A stretch of 64,000 nucleotides of DNA from the human T2T-CHM13v2.0 reference genome, Homo sapiens (GCF_009914755.1 NC_060945.1); one strand, 5' to 3'. Shown: positions 40,224-55,575, counted from the first letter of the stretch. Notes: a model not told the origin generated them from the sequence alone. Made by a program: numbers and translations.

Positions 40224-41691
40224 AAATTCTTACAGATTTTTTTTTTAATCCAAAAGAAAGAAATTAATTTCTAAGATTAAGTAAATTTGAGAAGGTTGGT
40301 ACACGTTCATCAGCTGATTAAAATTTAACCATAACATGTTCACTTAAGAGTCTCTAAAATGAGATACTGGATTTACCCGGGAATTAGTTTGCCCCACTAT
40401 TAGTCTTATTTGTACTTCTCTCTGGCCTGACCTTGGTTGTCTTTGCATTGGTGGAGCCTGGGTTGAGTGATTACAGAGGGTGTGAAGAAGGGGCTACTTT
40501 CTCAGCACTCCACGTCACTACAACCTTTCAGATGCACACGTCCCTTTTGACCTAAGTAGCTTTCCTCAGGACAAGGGGTCAGAAGAGTGACAGACTTTTA
40601 ACCCGAATATACCCAGGAGGTCTACATAGTGTCCTTTTCATTACAGTATTCAGGCCAGTATATTTTCTGCTTGTTTGTTCATTGTTCGTTTATTTTAAAC
40701 AGAGTGTTTTCCTGCAGGTAGTAAGGAAAATATATTTTCCAACTTCATTAAAATCAATACTTACTGGTTCACCACTTAGTTGCAATGTCTTAACTCTTAC
40801 AACTTAGCGGTGAGTTCTTAATGGATTTAGGCATGACGTCACTAACCAAGTTCTAGTGTCTAGACTATTTACAGTGTAGTTTCTATTTATTAGCTTTCTT
40901 TCCTGGACTACATAATTGAGTCACCAAATGATTTTTATACATGGCATCACGTTAGGTATGATAACCCCATATTTGTGATGAGGTGGGGAAATCTTGTTAA
41001 TACCTTTCATCAGAATTCCTTTTATAAAAAGCTAGTGTATTTGCTCAGGGAAAAATACAAAGAAAATAACTACAGTCCCTTGACAAGTGATTGAGAGTGG
41101 AAGATGAGATCTTCAGGGACCTGGAAGTGGGTGGAAATGTTCTAAGTGAGATGTTAAAGTAATATACCTGTCAATCTAGAAAAAGGAGTGAGGAAGAGGG
41201 TTGTGGAGCTAGGTAGATGGTAGAGAGCTGTATGGAATTTAAAATAACTCCACCCATCGTCTGCTGTATGTTGAGTGAAGTTACCAAACTGAGAAATGCA
41301 TGTCATTAGTAGATGTGAGTGTTTAAGAGTGATGTGTGTTTGAAGGTGTGTATATGAACCAGTGACGGGGCTGGGTACATATCTGTACTCGTGGAGGGCA
41401 AAAGTCCACACAGACAGGAAAACACACAGTCAGAAGAAAGCCTGAGGACCTGTCTCAGCAGCTCCCAGAGACTGTGAGGAGGGCTCTGTATAGTCACAGC
41501 CTGAAATTGTGTTTCAGGTCAGGTTTAACCAGATCTCCAAGGATCAGAAGGATTCAAGATAATGTATGTGTCCCTTGGGGCAGATAAATATATGAAAAAT
41601 GGTTTCTAGGAAAGAACAGGATGGGGAGTCAACTATTGGTTCTGGCTTTTCTCCTGATTAAGGAGAAGGAACTCCATTTAAACTATAAAAT

Positions 41692-41848
41692 GAGGGTGGG
41701 AGGAGAGAGGATCAGAAAAAATTACTAGTGGGTACTAGGCTTACTACCTGGGTGACAAAATAATCTGCAACAAACCTTTGTGACATGAGTTATTGATAGA
41801 AAAAACTGGCACATGTACTCCTGAACATAAAAGTTTAAAAAAAAAAAA
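41692..41848 (+). mobile_element. Short L1PA13-16 3' end
   Basis: gggtactaggcttactacctgggtgacaaaataatctg...gcacatgtactcctgaac; TSD aactataaaatgag / aactataaaacgag. Confidence 0.88.
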
Positions 41849-43406
41849 CAACTATAAAACGAGAAGCGTTTTGGGACTAGATTAAGCCAAAATATTCTTC
41901 CCCTACTCTGGAACCAGGAAGATATTCTCTGTATTATCTCCTATTAGCAATATAATTTTCTCTTTTATATGTCGATATTTATTCCATCTGAATTTTCCTT
42001 TTGGATGTGGTGTGAGAAAGGGACTCAAATTTATTTTTTTCTTATAATGAACTGCTTTTGTTAATATCATTTAAAACTACTCCATCTTTTCCCTTATGGG
42101 TTGTGATGCCAACTCTATGCTTTCTGTCTGACCACATATTAGTTGAAATTTTATTCCCTATGAATCTTCTCATGATTTCTTTGTAGATTTATAGCTATTA
42201 TTTCTTTCTCCTTTAAAAAATTAGTAGGAGGGAAGTCTCAGGATATTTAAATGGTGATGCATGTGACTAATATACGATCATTGAACTTTTCCAATGACAT
42301 TGCAATTCTCTAAATATTAAATCCTCTAAATGTTAAAATTAAACTCAGACCTATAATGCCTGAGTAGGGGGCACCCACGTAACTGAGTCAGTTATATGTG
42401 TGTATTAATGCATCACTTTAAGAAACATTTATTGAGTGCCTGTGATATGCCAGGCACTGGCTGTCTAAGAATATGGAAATGAATAGGACTGATGGTTGTC
42501 ATTTGCATCGCTATTGGTTTATTGTCTATCAAACAGCTTTGCCATGTAAGGCTCTATGCTAAGCAATCATTTTCATTAGATATTAGCTGGGTCTGGAACA
42601 AAAGAAATAAAATGAAATAATGTACCTAGAGATGTCAGATATTATGGGATCACCAGAGTTTTTCAATTGAAGGATTACATTAACTTGTGACAACCTACAA
42701 CTTGTAAGATATGAATTTTGCTATCTGCTAAGTAAGCTAACCACTAAGCTGTCATACTCTAAAGAGAAAATCAGCACTCATACCTATAAAGTATATGAGA
42801 ATTTATTGTTGAGGAAATATTTTATTTCTTATGTTTTGCTAAAACATATGAAATAATTTTAATTTTTAATTACTAATTTTTAATAAGACAACAAATGTCT
42901 CATTTATAGGTTAGTCCCTTTGGCTATCTACCCAAAGCAAAATCAAGAACTGTTGATTAAATAAAAAGCAATACTTCAGAACTAAAATAAATGTCACAGG
43001 CCATACACTAAAATTCATTGACTTCAGCCATAATAGACCTCGTGAATCCTTGCTTTGTTTGTATATATTTTTACTTCTGTAACACATTCTATAAATGTAG
43101 TCATCTAAATGTCCAGCTCACCACAGATTAGAAGCATAAAATAGAAGTGTAAAGTTATAAAAACAGCATCAGTAACTAGAGGAAGATAACCAATAATAGG
43201 AGAGAGTTATACCGGACAGCATGAAAGGTGACTGGGAATGCAGAATTCAAAACACAAAAGAGCATGGTAAAGTATAATCATGCATTTAACATTATAGCTA
43301 ATGATCCCTGGCCCCTTTTCTATAATAATGGTTGTTGATGATAGTGCCCTTCATGCTTAAAAAATGTAAATTTAGGATAAGTATCTCTGGTTAAAAAGAC
43401 AGATAT

Positions 43407-43904
<498 letters not shown>

Positions 43905-44169
43905 TCAGGTTCATCTCATTGAACCTGCCATCGTCAGGCATTGTGATGGATTTTCAAAAAGGTTATTTCATTAATTTTGATATGTACAGGGTAGAGTATA
44001 TGTTATTGTTTATACGCTTACAGATAAAACTGTTTCAGTAATTCACTTCAAATCACACCACCGGATAGTGACTGAACTGCAATTGGAATCAGTTCCAATT
44101 ACCAATTAATTAATTTTATTGGTAATTACCAATTACCGATAAAAATGGCCATTTTTATTGTAAGCGATG

Positions 44170-44480
44170 CAGTCTAGAACATTGGCTAGGACTGCTTTCA
44201 AGTCAGAGGACCTTGATTTTGAATCTCAAGTTTGGCATTACCTATTTGGCCATAAGAAATGACTTAGACTTGTGCACATGTACCCTAAAACTTAAAGTAT
44301 AATAATAAAAAAAAAAAGAAAGAAAGAAATGACTTAGACTTTCTGTGACAGAGCTTCCTCACCTGTAAAATAGGAATGGTAATACCCAATTTAAATAGTC
44401 ATGAAGATTTGATGAGATAAAGTATGTAAGTAAACACTTTGCATAATGATTAGCACTTTGTAATCACTCGACAAAGGAAA
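44170..44480 (+). mobile_element. MIR (host of a tiny L1 insertion)
   Basis: agtcagaggaccttg...tgacttagactttctg...cttcctcacctgtaaaataggaatggtaatac. Confidence 0.75.
44270..44323 (+). mobile_element. ~50-bp 3' tip of a young L1 (L1PA2-4-like)
   Basis: ttgtgcacatgtaccctaaaacttaaagtataataata plus A-tail; perfect TSD aagaaatgacttagactt at 44254-44271 and 44324-44341. Confidence 0.93.
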
Positions 44481-45014
44481 ATATTCCATGACTCTTAATT
44501 GGAGAAACTTCTATCATTAGAGAATGCAAGATTTAAAGATAGCTTAGTCTCTCAGAATTCAGAATAAATTAAGTCATATTTCGATTATAATTAATCTACA
44601 GCAAGTAGTAAATACTCATCTTGTTGTAATAGTTGGCCATTGAATAAACTTAAGACGTTTTTCTGAGTCATCTGTTTTCTCAATCTTTAACAGTGTAATC
44701 CTTTTATCTCTAAACTCAGGAAACCATTCTTCAAAGTCTTACTATTTATTGTCAGAGAAAGCATATGTTTGTTAAGAGATCAGTATAAAGCTATCCCAGC
44801 TAATTGAGAGGAAAAAAATCAAGTCATATATCGTAAGTGGCATTATGTAAATAACATCTTATAGGCTAATTAGAAATAATTAGTTTTTAAATATTGGAGT
44901 TCACATTAAATTTATATTTTTTTTGTTAAATAATAGATGCCTACAAGTCAAACTGACTTTCTAACAATTAATATAAAAATAGATTTCCAATATTCTTCCT
45001 TTATTGTTCCATGC

Positions 45015-45770
45015 TGTTTTCCATTCTCTAGAAAGAACCTAGAGTGATCTCTTAAAGTACATGATAGTTCATTTGTCTTTCTATTTAAAACCCTCTGATG
45101 GCTTCCCATTACATGTAAAATAAGGCCTCATCTTCTTAAGGGCCCACAAGGTACTATATGATCTGGTTCTTGTCTCTGAATTCTTCTTCCTTCCATCCTC
45201 TTCCTTGCTTACTCTGTAGCTAACAAAGCATGTTCTTAACAATCCTTGAACATGTCCAGCTCATTTAAAACTCCACATCTTTTACCATGAGTGATATGAT
45301 TTGGCTGTGTCCTCACCCAAATCTCATCTTGAATTGCAGTTCCCATAAGCTGCACGTTTCTGGAAGGACCCGGTGGGAGGTGATTGAATCATGGGGGCTG
45401 TTACCCTCATGCTATTCTTGTGATAGTAGGTGAGTTCTCATGAAATCTGATAGTTTTACAAAGGACTTTTCTCCCCTTCACTCTGTACTTCTCCTTGCTG
45501 CTGCCATGTGAAGAAGGGTGTTTACTTCCCCTTCCACCATGAGTGTAAGTTTCCTGAGGCTTCCCAAGCATGCTGAACTGTGAGTCAATTAAACCTCTTT
45601 CCTTTATAAATTACTCAGTCTTGGGTATCTATTAGTAGCATGAGAATGGACTAATACAATGAGTGCTTTTCCTTACATTGCCAGCTTCTCATTCAGCTCA
45701 TTATTTCCTTTTCTACTCAAATGTCTCATGATCCTTCAGGGAACTTGCCTGACACCTTCTCTTTCACCAT
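45015..45770 (+). mobile_element. L2 fragment split by a THE1 LTR
   Basis: agagtgatctcttaaa...ttaaaaccctctgatggcttcccatt...tgatctgg on the left; ctcaaatgtc...cttgcctgac on the right. Confidence 0.65.
45292..45658 (+). mobile_element. THE1C-like solo LTR
   Basis: tgatatgatttggctgtgtcctcacccaaatctc...tgagaatggactaataca; perfect TSD atgag. Confidence 0.93.
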
Positions 45771-45797
45771 TCTGTGTGTGTAAAAATACATACAAGG

Positions 45798-46146
<349 letters not shown>

Positions 46147-46521
46147 TTATCTCCCATTTCTGCCCAAAATTATTTTCTGTAGTACTTCCCTTCACCATCT
46201 GTTGATGGCATCTTAGGTATAACCTATAACTTTTGGTCAATTCCAGGTGTCAGTTCTATAATTACCATCCTTGACTTCATTTTATCTGTTCTGTTCTTTT
46301 GGCATTCCTATTGAGCTACAGAATACATTGTTATAGATATATAGAATACATAGCCACAGATACATAGACTTTCAGTATCTACTATTCATAGTATTTTTAA
46401 ACCATCAGTCCTTGCTTCATCTAGAACCATTATTTTATTCATCCTATCCATAAATTTTTTCCAACATACATCTATATTTATATCTATACCTAATCTATGC
46501 ATTTGTTTAAATTCAACATGG

Positions 46522-46555
46522 TGTGTGTGTGTGTGTGTGTCTGTGTGTGTGTGTG
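46522..46555. repeat. (TG)n microsatellite
   Basis: Direct reading of the sequence. Confidence 0.9.
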
Positions 46556-47147
46556 AATATATCTTCATTATCCCTAATGGATCCTTTTTTATGGCAATTT
46601 GCTTTTGTTTCATAAATTCAACATTAGCTTAATTAATTTCACTTGTTTTAAAGTCTTCTTCTGAGTGCTTTAGTATTATTTCCTTGTGTGTGAGTACTTT
46701 GGTTTGTTATTTGTTTATGTGGTCTTCATGCTTCTCAGATAATTTGGAATCATTGACCTTGAGCTTATCTTTGCGTTCACAATTCCTTAACAACTGCTTA
46801 CTGCTGTTTACTGCAGAGTTCACCAAAGTGAGTGAGAAAAAAATTACTTCTAGAGCTCTTGTTCCTCACTTTTTCAGTAAGATGAGAAATTGTTGGAACA
46901 ATAGCTTTACATCTGGTCTTCTTTATCTTCTCTCAGCTTTGCCTGGTTTAGACCTTTCACTGGGTGGTCCTTGTCAGTTACCTCTCTCTCACCCCAGCTT
47001 CCACCACCTCAAGATATAGAGATTTTTGAGATAATCCCACTTTATTTGGCATTGTTTTCCACAGGCTTGATCACCTGCCATTTTTCTCTTTGAATCTCAT
47101 CTTCTTCAACATTACATTATGAGTATAGGGTTAAGAAGCTATATAGT

Positions 47148-47538
<391 letters not shown>

Positions 47539-47588
47539 CTATAAAGATATCTGAGCTAAAAATAACATTTCTTTGTTTCTTTCTTTAG

Positions 47589-47685
47589 ACTGAGAAAACG
47601 TGGTCCTTTTGTCGGTAAAAGAGTTTGGTATAACAACATCAATGCATGCGGGAATTGTTCCTTTCTGCCTAAAGTACAGTTTTGG
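47589..47685 (+). ncRNA. Candidate internal lncRNA exon (97 nt)
   Basis: Acceptor tttctttgtttctttctttAG| and donor TGG|GTAAGT in sequence I cannot assign to a repeat; splice signals only, no expression evidence. Confidence 0.35.
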
Positions 47686-49059
47686 GTAAGTTATTCAGTG
47701 TTTACTGGATGTCTACTCTGGTTAGAATATTGTCATAGTAGAAGAAAAAAAATCTCTTATTAGAAATCAACTTAGAGCCTAAGAACATTGGATCTTTAAA
47801 CAATTGGTTTAAGCAAGTTCTTTAGGAGAAAAACAGTGTCTTTCATCTACAAATGTTAATTTCAATTCCACCTTTATATGATCTGAGGGAACAGATAATG
47901 GCAACATTAAAAGAGAATGTTCTTTAGGTTTTACTTAAGCAAATGCTGATAGAAAAGATTTAAGTAAATAGGAAATGACTTGACCATTAGCATGATTGTA
48001 TTTTAAATAGCCGTTAGTTTTAGAGAGCACTCACCAATAAATAGCAAAACGTACCCCTGTAATTTATAAATTCTCTGTCTTTCCTCTGGTGAAGTATAAA
48101 ACTCACTTTTGTTCCCTTATTTCAGTGCTTTACAGAGTTAATAAAATAATGACCTTCCCCACCCTTCATTTTAAGATCATAACTAGTGTAGAAGTTTCCA
48201 TTGAAATTGTTAGATTTTTCTTTTTTTTCAGTTCACTGGATATGATCTTTGGCCTGGTTTTGATGTTACTCATTTGTTTTTGGATCAACTTTTACCATGT
48301 GGCTGAGATTTTTTGTGTTGTTGTAATAATACTAAGTTACATCACTGCTCTTCTGAAAAGTAGAACTGAATGAAAATTAAACCTTAAAAAACACTATGTT
48401 TGAGCAATGTTAAACATCTGCCTTGAACTTACAAGGGCAGGGCAGGGCAGGGCACAGCTTTTTTTTTGTAACTTAAGTCCTGAGTTGATCTGGTTTTTAA
48501 ATAACTATCAGCTCTAAAATACAAGTGTCCGGGCATGTAAATGCAATTAATTTTATTTTAGTTTATAGCTAGAATTTTTAAAAAGTTAAATCTCTTAAGA
48601 GAATTTTTAACTTCTTAGAGGAACATATTAGGGCTTAGCATGATGTTTAATTGTCCTGTTTAAATATTCTGTCTTTAGTCAGCCTTTGGGCAAATTACAT
48701 GTTATCATTTTCCCAGACAATACTTAACTCAATCATTTGCACTCTTATTTAAAAATGTGAATGAATTACTGACATATCATTGACACCTTGCTTTTATATG
48801 GGAAATTTGACTGAAAATTTCATAGGTGTTGCCATGAAACGGGCATTATTGTGGCAAAAATGAAGTTTTCCCATAAACTTAAGACCCTCTTCACCTTATT
48901 TTCTCCACCTCCCAAGGAGTGAAAAGTTGTTAGTTTTGCTATCACTATATAAATTTTAATCAGGGCCTGTTTGTTAGTATTAAATGGAATTCACATCAAA
49001 TATAAACTGGTCTTTTGGTTTAATAGTTAAGAGTTTATTTTTACTATTTAGTTTAATAG

Positions 49060-49435
<376 letters not shown>

Positions 49436-49959
49436 TAAAAAAAAATACTGTGTATTAGAGAATCTTGAAATCAAGGGAAATTTTAAATTGACAATACTGA
49501 TTACTTTTTGGCAAAAATGTCAAAGTTTTATGGTCTTACAAAAAGATATGATTGACTAGGAGGCCAAAGTAGTCAGTGGAAATAGCAATGAGTTTTGAAA
49601 CCAACAACAAAAGAAAATGACCAGTGAAAGTAACCAAGCCAAAAAAAATTGAAGTTAAAGTAGTTTTCTCATGGTGCACACCCATGAAATAGCTTTGTCA
49701 TGATTTTATATTGGCAAGTGTTTCATCAAGATCATAATGAGGTAAGAGGATAGACACTGCTTGAGAACTGCACTGATATTATCAGCCATTTTCCCTTTTA
49801 AATAGTCTAGTTTTGGAAAGTAATATTAGAAAACTTATAAATCCTCAGTTTAATATTTTAGTAAATATTTGTCAATTACAGAATTTTAGAAAATGACTTG
49901 AAAGGATTTATTTTTGTTTACAAATTACTCCTTTTCAAATAACAAAATTGAGACAGTGA

Positions 49960-50095
49960 AATGCTTTGCATTATATTTCCATGACAGCTCCATGAGATAG
50001 ATAGGCAAGTTTATCATCCATATTTTACAGTTGGAAAAACTGAAACAGGTAAGTTAAGCAACATGACCAAGATGGCACAACTCGGGAGGGTGAAG
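49960..50095 (-). mobile_element. MIR
   Basis: catattttacagttggaaaaactgaaac...gttaagcaacatgaccaagatggcacaac. Confidence 0.7.
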
Positions 50096-50859
50096 TAGGG
50101 AAAAGAACAGCACAACCTCTCTGAGACAATCCTCTGTACCATGTCTATACTGCGTACCAGTGCCTGAGTTCATCGCAGGAGGAAGACGTGGGCAAGTAGG
50201 GCAGTTGATCTGTTGGGGGAAGGAGGAAGAAAGGGATTGTTTGTTTGATCTAGGGGCAAACTAATGTAAATTGGCATAAGATCATGGAGGGAGTGGAATG
50301 CTTATGGTAAAAATTTTGAATCTAATTTTGTAGGCAAGGAAAAGGCAGGCTTAGGCTATCTCTGAGCCGACAGAATAGCTTTATTCTAGGTTTGGAACTA
50401 GGTGTCTGGTAGTTGAGAATAAATTAATATTGGTCAATAGAGGCTTTATCCAGAAATAAGCAATTATTTCTTTATTGAATAATTCTACAAACAGTCGTCA
50501 GATTTACTTTGTAAAATCATATGTCCTTGAAGGCTATACATGAATTGATTTTTATTTGAAATTGTTAAAGAGAATATGCCTACTTGAAAAAGCTTATCAG
50601 CTGCCATTTTTTGTTCCAAAATAACAAATTAAAAATTTACATTGAAGTTTTGTCTTGTTTGCAAACCTCTCAGCTAGGGTTCTACGCAAAATAAATAGAA
50701 AGGAACAAGTTACTGAAGCCTTCACTAAACAGTAATTGAAAAATATTTATGGCATTTGAAAGATGTTTTAAAATGTATTTTGTAGCTCAAAGTGCCATAA
50801 ATTAGAAATATGAAAATAAAGAAAATAGAATGGTATGTAGAAAGTAAAGAGCATAAGCT

Positions 50860-51174
50860 TTTATTTTTAATTTATTTTATTTTAATTTATTTTATTTTAT
50901 TTTTTTGAGATGGAGTCTCACTCTGTCACATAGGCTGGAGTACAGTGGCGTGATCTCGGCTCATTGCAACCTCCGCCTCAGCCTCCCAAGTAGCTGGGAC
51001 TACAGGTGCGTGCCACCATGCGTGGCTAATTTTTTTTTTTTTTTGTAGTTTTAGTAAAGACAGACAGGGTTTCACTGTATTAGCCAGGATGGTCTCTATC
51101 TCCTGACCTCGTGATCCTCCTGCCTCGACCTCCGAAAGTGCTGGGATTATAGGCATGAGCCACCGCACCCGGCC
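50860..51174 (-). mobile_element. Alu (Sc/Y-like) with an internal deletion in the right arm
   Basis: aacctccgcctc|agcctccc junction between two gcctc copies; TSD agcttttattt. Confidence 0.93.
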
Positions 51175-52095
51175 AGCTTTTATTTTCTGTATTTACGTTT
51201 CTCTTTAAACAATAAATTCATTACCCTTTGTTACTTGGAAGGCTATATATTTTATATTTCCAGTGAAATAAATAATTACATTTAATATCAAATAACAATT
51301 TTTCTCCAAAAAGATTTAAATCTAGCTTACCACCTAAATTTAATATAAAGGAACTTATAAACACAGTTTGATCAAATCATAGCTAGAAAACTAGGGAAAT
51401 AATGGAGGAATTCTAAAATCTCTAGTGTTAATATGCTTGTATTCATGATTTCAAGTACTTATATGAATGTTTGAATGAGAAAACTTATGCAATTGCCCCA
51501 ATTCCACGTACTAATGTCAAGTTATTTTTAATATTTTGCTTACATTTGTTTAAATTGTTAAATATTTGAAAATGAAAATATTTTATTATATTATAAAGAT
51601 AGTATGCAATTATGAACAATATTCAAGTAATGTGAAAAAGTATAACATATAAGATTAATTAATGAAATCTTCATACTCATAGATAAGCACTCAGTTTTTT
51701 GATGAACAATTTCCGACATCTTTTTCTGCATAAAGAGAAATAAGCATATAAACATGTTATATAAATAATATCACTCTATTTTTTAAACTACATTTTCATT
51801 CAACATTGTTATAAATATCAATTAAAGTATTTTCATATAAAATGTTTTGCCTTCACAATATATTATTTCAATAATCTTATATTGATAGATATCATTGCAT
51901 TTTCATAATTTTGATAATATAAACAATGATGCAATTAATATATTTAACTTACCTTTGTTGTGCCAGTTCAATTATCTGTTAAGAAAAATACCCAAAATGA
52001 AATTGCTGGATCAAATAATATATACATTTTTAATTTGAATCACAATATATTTAACATTTATAAATGTTCAAAAAACTCACATAAAAAGTAACAAG

Positions 52096-53270
52096 TTTTT
52101 TGTTTGTTTTTTTGTTTTATTATTATACTTTAAGTTTTAGGGTACATGTGCACAACGTGCAGGTTTGTTACATATGTATACATGTGCCATGTTGGTGTGC
52201 TGCACCCATTAACTCGTCATTTAGCATTAGGTATATCTCCTAATGCTATCCCTCCCCTCTCCACCCACCCCACAACAGTCCCCGGTGTGTGATGTTCCCC
52301 TTCCTGTGTCCATGTGTTCTCATTGTTCAATTCCCACCTATGAGCGAGAACATATGGTGTTTGGTTTTTTGTCCTTGCGATAGTTTGCTGAGAATGATGG
52401 TTTCCAGCTTCATCCATGTCCCTACAAAGGACATGAATTCATCATTTTTTATGGCTGCATAGTATTCCATGGTGTATATGTGCCACATTTTCTTAATCCA
52501 GTCTATCATTATTGGACATTTGGGTTGGTTCCAAGTCTTTGCTATTGTGAATAGTGCCGCAATGAACATACGTGTGCATGTGTCTTTACAGCAGCATGAT
52601 TTATAATCCTTTGAGTATATACCCAGTAATGGGATGGCTGGGTCAAATGGTATTTCTAGTTCTAGATCCCTGAGGAATCACCACACCGACTTCCACAATG
52701 GTTGAACTAGTTTACAGTCCCACCAATGGTGTAAAAGTGTTCCTATTTCTCCACATCCTCTCCAGCACCTGTTGTTTCCTGACTTTTTAATGATTGCCAT
52801 TCTAACTGGTGTGAGATGGTATCTCATTGTGGTTTTGATTTGCATTTCTCTGATGGCCAGTGATGATGAGCATTTTTTCATGTGTCTTTTGGCTGCATAA
52901 ATGTCTTCTTTTGAGAAGTGTCTGTTCATATCCTTTGCCCACTTTTTGATGGGGTTGTTTGATTTTTTCTTGTAAATTTGTTTGACTTCATTGTAGATTC
53001 TGGATATTAGCCCTTTGTCTGATAAGTAGGTTGCGAAAATTTTCTCCCATTCTGTAGATTGCCTGTTCACTCTAATGGTGGTTTCTTTTGCTGTGCAGAA
53101 GCTCTTTAGTTTAATTAGATCCCATTTGTCAATTTTGGCTTTTGTTGCTATGGCTTTTGGTGTTTTAGACATGAAGTCCTTGCCCATGCCTATGTCCTGA
53201 ATGGTATTGCCTAGGTTTTCTTCTAGGGTTTTTATGATTTTAGGTCTAACATGTAAGTCTTTAATCCATC
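52096..53270 (-). mobile_element. L1PA3-5 3' fragment (1.17 kb, 5'-truncated)
   Basis: ORF2 C-terminal peptides in ORFs 52678..53187 and 52327..52569, the L1 3' UTR and a poly(T); perfect TSD aaaaagtaacaagtttt at 52083-52099 and 53271-53287. Confidence 0.96.
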
Positions 53271-54182
53271 AAAAAGTAACAAGTTTTAAAAACTGTTCTT
53301 TTCCAGTTTTGCAATGTGAAATATAATTAAGTTAAATTATCCTAACAAGGACTTGGAAGTGGGGTCTTTGAAATTAATGAATAATTCTATATTTATTCCT
53401 AGAAATTAACTTTGGGCAAGTATACTTTATACATTCTCCTTATTATTTTTCTTATTGCTTATTTTTTCATTATAATTCAAGTAATAAAGACCTAGATAAT
53501 TTTATAATTATGTATCTATGTGGTTTCATTTTTTAAATGACATTTAAAAATTAAGAAACTTCACAGAATGCTTAACATTTGACAAATATGTTTCAAAAAT
53601 GAAAACAATCTTGAGTATTCTTCTAGGTCATTTTTCCACAGATACATTTCATAATACTGTACTAAAATCAAATTTAATTTGTTAGATTTCAGTGTTTTAG
53701 GGTCTTACTTTGCAGCTGCAAATGGTAACCTCTCAGCTGCTTTGACGAATTCATGGGAGTTGGCCTGCCAAATGGTCTGATAAATCACTGTTCAGTCTGG
53801 ATAAAAGCAAGGACTAAAATGTTCATTTGTAAGGATCCTGCAAAACAACTGAAACCAACTTGATTCTTGATTCTTACCAATATCTCATTTGTCCACTTCT
53901 TTTCAATTAACTCCCTGCTCAGACATGTATACCCAATTACAATTTGGTAAAGGAAAGGAGCATTATTATCTGTAGCTTCACACATTGTATACTAAACAAG
54001 ATTCACCATTCATTCAGTAGGTGAGTATCCTTGAAGGCTTTATTTTACCTTGCCTTAGTTTCCTCATTCACAGAAGGCAGATCAGAGCTACTTCCTAATA
54101 ATAGTTAGCATTTACTTACTTACCAATTTACTGTTTGGATTTGAGGCTAAACATTTTACTATCATTAGTTATTGTCATAAAC

Positions 54183-55235
54183 ACGATCTCCAAATAGTAC
54201 GCACTCTTTAAAGTTAATGAAGATGCCAGAGTGCTTTTGTTTATGTGGATCATACCTATATATAGTTACCATACTAGAAATTAGAACATTATCTATGTAT
54301 TTATTTTTGAAAGTAATTGTAATAAACTTATTATATGTTAAGTTACATATTTTCATGAACAATAGTATTATTTTAAAAATAAAAATAATGGCACATTTCA
54401 TATTTGCAATTCTCTTTCTTGAGTTTCATAGAACTGGAATCTCCAACTGTTGTTGTATTTAGTTTATCAATACATTATTTTTATTAACGTATGCTAAGAA
54501 AATCCAGCCTCACACAATTATGTGGATACAAAAGAAACCAATATTTTAATTGTACTTTCGGATAATTAATTGTACTTTCGGATAATTGTGAACATTCTTC
54601 TTTAATATTTGACAAAAACTAAATAAATGATAATTTCATAAAGATTAGTTGCAGAGCATAATCTGAAACGGTATCAGTGAACATTTGATACTCTGTTACC
54701 CTATAATATTGGTTTATTTTTCGCTTTCAATGTATCATTTATTCATGCAGATTTTGGAACATCATGCATTGGTCATTTGGACAATATTAGTTCACTGAAT
54801 TAGGCAGATATTCTAAATGTTGATACATTTTGTTATATAATATTAAAAAAATCAGTAATATCACCACTAATCTTACCTGAAAAGTCTTTAAGTATTGGGA
54901 AGGGGTCAAGCTCACAATAACAGATACAAATATACCAAAGTTCTAATTTTTGTTTGAAAACTTAAATTTGAATACTGTCTGTCTGTTGTTTGCATTTAAG
55001 ACTCACTTCATTTCTGAGAAAATATCTATCTGCCATATATCCTAGTTTAAGTAACCGTAGTCTATCCATCAGTCATCCTTTCAAGTAATACTAGTGTTCA
55101 AGGAAGAAAACAGATGGTTTGGCTCATAAATCAAACATAAATTTATATTCCTTTAGACAACAATGATATAAGAATATGCAAAGCACTTTATATGTGTACT
55201 TCTCATTTCTTCATTTAATTACCTAATTACTTTGA
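54183..55235. mobile_element. Charlie1-type hAT DNA transposon fragment
   Basis: gcttttgtttatgtgg...tagaaatta...gaaaatccagcctcacaca...catcatgcattggtcatttgga...aaagtctttaagtattgggaag...tcaagctcac. Confidence 0.8.
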
Positions 55236-55384
55236 CACAGAATATGAGCTGAATAATATATTTTACATATGCATATATTCAGATTTATAATCTTTGATAT
55301 TTTTGCCTTATTACATACTAGTGATATAAAATATGTTAAGAGCAGAATCTTACACACTTACATTAATTCTAACTCTTTACCTTT

Positions 55385-55575
55385 GTGGCAGTGGGAATTT
55401 ACATTTCGTAAACTTCTTGAGTCTCAGTTTTGTCAACTAGGATTATTAACTATATAGGTAGATAGACAGGAAGGTAGTTAAAGATAAGATGGCCTGCATC
55501 ATACAGTTAGTGTGAGGATTAAATGAATGTATACAACACTCTCAGCACAGAAAGCATTCAATATATGGTATTAAA
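55385..55575 (+). mobile_element. MIR
   Basis: gagtctcagttttg...gtgtgaggattaaatga...aagcattcaatatatgg. Confidence 0.6.

Noticed and set aside
50031-50048. AG-18 nt-GTAAGT micro-exon
   Set aside because: Inside an antisense MIR and too short to support without reads.
52327-53187. 169-aa and 80-aa ORFs
   Set aside because: C-terminal fragments of L1 ORF2 in a 5'-truncated element with a stop between them.
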